DNA of 64,000 nt from an uncultured Actinomycetes bacterium (lineage in GTDB: Bacteria > Actinomycetota > Thermoleophilia > RBG-16-64-13), in the NCBI GenBank assembly GCA_963706025.1, contig CAVPLM010000003.1, positions 800,001 to 864,000 on the forward strand. The letters run 5' to 3'. The position numbers were made by a program, and so were the translations under genes. Shown one piece after another: positions 61,052 through 64,000 of this stretch (position 1 is the stretch's first letter; each line of letters starts with the position of its first letter). Below the pieces are notes generated by a model. That model was not told where the DNA came from and made no database searches. It was given only the letters and a program-made list of their open reading frames with translations.

Positions 61052-62362
61052 ATGACATCTGATACCAGAACCAACGAGTTGCATAGACGGGCAATGAAGG
61101 TGATGCCCGGGCCACAGAGCAATCTTCGCATGCCCATCAACATCAGACCCACGTTCATCGAGCGGGGACAGGGGTGCCATTTGTGGGATGTGGATGGGAA
61201 CGAGTACATAGACTACATGATCGCGGCAGGGCCAGGGGTGCTTGGACAGAGTAACCCGGAATTCACCGACGCCATGAAGAACCAGCTGGACAAACTGCTC
61301 TACTCAGTTTCAGGAGCTTCGCAGACGCCCATGGAAGTTGATCTTGCCGAGAAGCTCGTACAGATTATTCCATGCGCAGAGAAGGTCAGGTTCCTTCTAT
61401 CGGGAACAGAAGCGGTACAGTTGGCCATAAGACTGGCCAGGGGCTATACGGGGCGTCGCTACTTCGTACGTTTTGAGGGAAGCTACCATGGCTGGTTGGA
61501 CAATGTCCTCGGCGGACTGGTTCATGACGACCCATTGGAGAACCCTTTTCCGTACGAAGGAGAGAGCGATTCCCTGGGGACCGCTGGGCGAGATCCTTCT
61601 GCCTTCGAGCAATGCTTCTGCCTACCATACAATGATATTGAAGTATTCGAGAAAGTGCTTGATCGCTGGGGTGATCAGGTTGCCATGGTCCTTGTTGAGA
61701 CGATCCAGGCGAGCGGGGTCATATCCCCGAGACCCGGCTATCTGGAACGCGTACAGGCGCTGTGTCGCAAATACGGTATCGTCCTTTGCTTCGATGAGGT
61801 AGTCACCGGTTTTCGAGTGGCGTTGGGGGGTGCCCAGGAGCTTTTGGGGATCACCCCGGATCTGGCCATCTACGGCAAGGCACTCTCAGCCGGCTTACCC
61901 TTAGCGGCATTGGCTGGTCGAAGCGATATCATGGATCTCCTGCTGGGACCCAAGGTAGTGGGCGCCGGTACATTTAACGGCTACCCTCTGGGGATATCTG
62001 CGGCATTGACCACCGTGAAAATCCTGGAAAGAAATAATGGGGCTATATACGGGCAAGTAGATCATGTGCAAACCAAGCTCATTGAAGGATTGAGAGCAAT
62101 TCTGAAGCGTCATAAAGTCACGGCGGTGATCCAGAGCGTTAGGGGCATTTTCATCGTCCATTTCACAGACAAAGCTGTTGTCTGGAGTGTAAGAGACCTC
62201 ACGACAGCGGACTCCGCCATGGCTCACCAGTTCCGCCTACGTCTGGCCGATGAGGGTGTACTGATTCTATTTGGCGGCCGCTGGCTAATCACCAGTGCTC
62301 ACACTGAGGAGGACGTAAATAGAACGCTGGAGTGTGCGGATAGGGCTGTGGGCCGGTTATGA
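61052..62362 (+). CDS. Class III PLP aminotransferase (GSA-aminomutase-like)
   Basis: WDVDGNEYID, SGTEA, FEGSYHG, FDEVVTGFR, YGKAL, AGTFNG. Confidence 0.9.
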   Translation: MTSDTRTNELHRRAMKVMPGPQSNLRMPINIRPTFIERGQGCHLWDVDGNEYIDYMIAAGPGVLGQSNPEFTDAMKNQLDKLLYSVSGASQTPMEVDLAEKLVQIIPCAEKVRFLLSGTEAVQLAIRLARGYTGRRYFVRFEGSYHGWLDNVLGGLVHDDPLENPFPYEGESDSLGTAGRDPSAFEQCFCLPYNDIEVFEKVLDRWGDQVAMVLVETIQASGVISPRPGYLERVQALCRKYGIVLCFDEVVTGFRVALGGAQELLGITPDLAIYGKALSAGLPLAALAGRSDIMDLLLGPKVVGAGTFNGYPLGISAALTTVKILERNNGAIYGQVDHVQTKLIEGLRAILKRHKVTAVIQSVRGIFIVHFTDKAVVWSVRDLTTADSAMAHQFRLRLADEGVLILFGGRWLITSAHTEEDVNRTLECADRAVGRL

Positions 62363-62576
62363 TTTGTGGATAGGAAAAGCTCGAACAATACATGTTCACC
62401 TTTGAAACCAATAAAACTGCCAGCTTATCCAACATCTAAAGATATTCACAGAACTTCGCACGGCAAAAACCATATCTTCACCATACTCACGAAACATCCA
62501 AGAGGAAACTAGACCAACCAATGAACCATAGATGTTACAAGGCGTGGCCCACGTGGGTACCAAAGACTATTGGGAG

Positions 62577-62649
62577 CGAGGAGTCCCCGGCGGGGTACGA
62601 TTGGGTCTAGGTCTGGATGTAGCTCCAACCGCGAGTGACTCGACTCTCC
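62577..62649 (+). repeat. 73-bp direct repeat, copy 2
   Basis: 72/73 identical to 40901-40973. Confidence 0.9.
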
Positions 62650-62698
62650 ACCCGCACTACAGTAGCTACGGTGCTCACTCCAACGAGGTGCTCCCTAG

Positions 62699-63898
62699 AT
62701 GACAACATGGCGAGTTGATCGTCTTCTTGTCGTTGATGTGGAGACGACCGGCCTGTACAACTCGGACCGGGTCGTCGAAGTAGCCGCGGTGACGCTGTCG
62801 GCGGGCGGACAGATCGTCGACGAGTGGGACACCCTCGTCAATCCGGGCCGTGACGTCGGCCCGACACACATCCATGGAGTCACTGCCTCGATGGTGTCGG
62901 CCGCCCCCTGCTTCGAAGAGGTGGCCGAGGCGTTGGCCGGCCGCGTCGATGGCGCCGTTCTTGTCGCCCACAACCTAGCCTTTGATTCGCGGATGCTGAC
63001 CAACGAGTATGCTCGACTCGGCACCACGCTGGATCCCGGCAGAGGAGTCTGTACCTTGGCCCAGTGTGGGCAGCGCCTTGAAGATGCCTGCGCCACGCAC
63101 GGGGTCGAACTCCACCATCATCATCGGGCCCTGGCGGACGCACGTGCGACTGCGCAACTTCTGATTGCTGCCCGATGCGCGGTGGACGAGTCTTCGCCCG
63201 CGAGAGTCGGGAGTCTTAGCAGCCCGGCCTGCCCCCGCACTCTCCGACGGGACGCCGTTCTCGCCGATTCCAGCGCAGAGATGCCCTATCTCGCGCGGCT
63301 GGCCGCCTATTCTCATCACCGAGCCGAGCGAGGGGCGAGCCTTGTGTACCTCGACATGCTTGATTGGGCGCTTGACGACCTAGCCGTTTCTCCCGAGGAA
63401 TGGTCCGAGCTATCGAGGTTGGCCTCGAGCCTCGGCATGACAGACGCGGGCATAGAATCTGCTCATCAACGCTATCTTCGCGAGTTGGTGGTCGCGGCGG
63501 GTCGTGACGGCAGGATTACCGACCAGGAGTATGCGCTTCTCAGGAGGGCGGTTGACGCGCTGCATCTCGAACCCACACTGCTGGACGAGGCAGTGAAGCC
63601 CTTCATGGAGGTAGCCCATCTGCTTCGAATCCAACCCGATATGAGCGTCTGCTTCACGGGCAGCGCAACATACTCCGACGGCACAGAGATACCGCGAGAT
63701 AGACTCATCCGCATTGCCCAGAGCCTGGGTCTCCGGGTGGTGGACTCCGTGACCAAGAAAGGGTGCGACTTCTTGGTGGCGGCAGACCCGAGTTCGCTCT
63801 CGGGCAAGGCGAGCAAGGCCCGTGGGTATCACGTTCCGATTGTTGATGTACGGGACTTCGCATGTGCGGACACCGGGGCCGGGATTCCAGCTTTCTGA
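62699..63898 (+). CDS. DEDDh 3'-5' exonuclease with central helical (TerB-like) region and C-terminal BRCT domain
   Basis: VDVETTG, HIHG, AHNLAFD, HRALADA; VCFTG…SVTKK…LV..DP.S.SGK..KA. Confidence 0.85.
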   Translation: MTTWRVDRLLVVDVETTGLYNSDRVVEVAAVTLSAGGQIVDEWDTLVNPGRDVGPTHIHGVTASMVSAAPCFEEVAEALAGRVDGAVLVAHNLAFDSRMLTNEYARLGTTLDPGRGVCTLAQCGQRLEDACATHGVELHHHHRALADARATAQLLIAARCAVDESSPARVGSLSSPACPRTLRRDAVLADSSAEMPYLARLAAYSHHRAERGASLVYLDMLDWALDDLAVSPEEWSELSRLASSLGMTDAGIESAHQRYLRELVVAAGRDGRITDQEYALLRRAVDALHLEPTLLDEAVKPFMEVAHLLRIQPDMSVCFTGSATYSDGTEIPRDRLIRIAQSLGLRVVDSVTKKGCDFLVAADPSSLSGKASKARGYHVPIVDVRDFACADTGAGIPAF

Positions 63899-64000
63899 TT
63901 CTGAGCGAAGGCACCGGGTCAGCAATGGGCTCTTGCTTCGGAGCGACCTTCATCGACTCCTCGTGTCTGGCCTTGATGGTAAGCTTGGCTTGCGCGGTTC

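Noticed and set aside
61052-62362. Calling the aminotransferase hemL
   Set aside because: No tetrapyrrole gene context and the motifs are divergent; the class III family is broad

Overview
High-GC bacterial chromosome segment. Gene content and the Thr-rich lipoprotein linkers suggest an anaerobic actinobacterium of the Thermoleophilia type (inference only). (1) 1-2.8 kb: a redox cluster with up to three in-frame UGA codons, each followed by a hairpin, i.e. candidate selenoproteins (a thioredoxin-like protein, an FmdB zinc ribbon and a UxxC TlpA lipoprotein), together with lgt and ccdA. (2) 3.1-9 kb: rpsF (CTG start)-ssb-rpsR-yybS-rplI-dnaB; dnaB carries a 133-aa mini-intein. (3) 9-26 kb: purine cluster purA, purD, a purE-purB fusion, purF, purM, purN and purH, interrupted by a DUF4143 ATPase with an operator array, a hicBA toxin-antitoxin pair and a cobalamin-riboswitch-controlled btuFCD. 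(4) 26-31 kb: structured repeats, two amidohydrolases and tRNA-Lys. (5) 31.3-64 kb: accessory region rich in gene remnants. It holds a sulfatase module, a flavin oxidoreductase and a ~21.7-kb block bounded by a 73-bp direct repeat. That block encodes a LIV-type ABC transporter, E1 alpha/beta, BKACE, SDR, DhaKL, split transketolase, TetR, a 4-pyridoxolactonase homologue, a UbiD decarboxylase and an aminotransferase, and is a candidate undescribed vitamin B6/pyridine catabolic pathway. Several single-base frameshifts may be sequencing errors. All family calls are by motif recognition from memory; no database searches were run.
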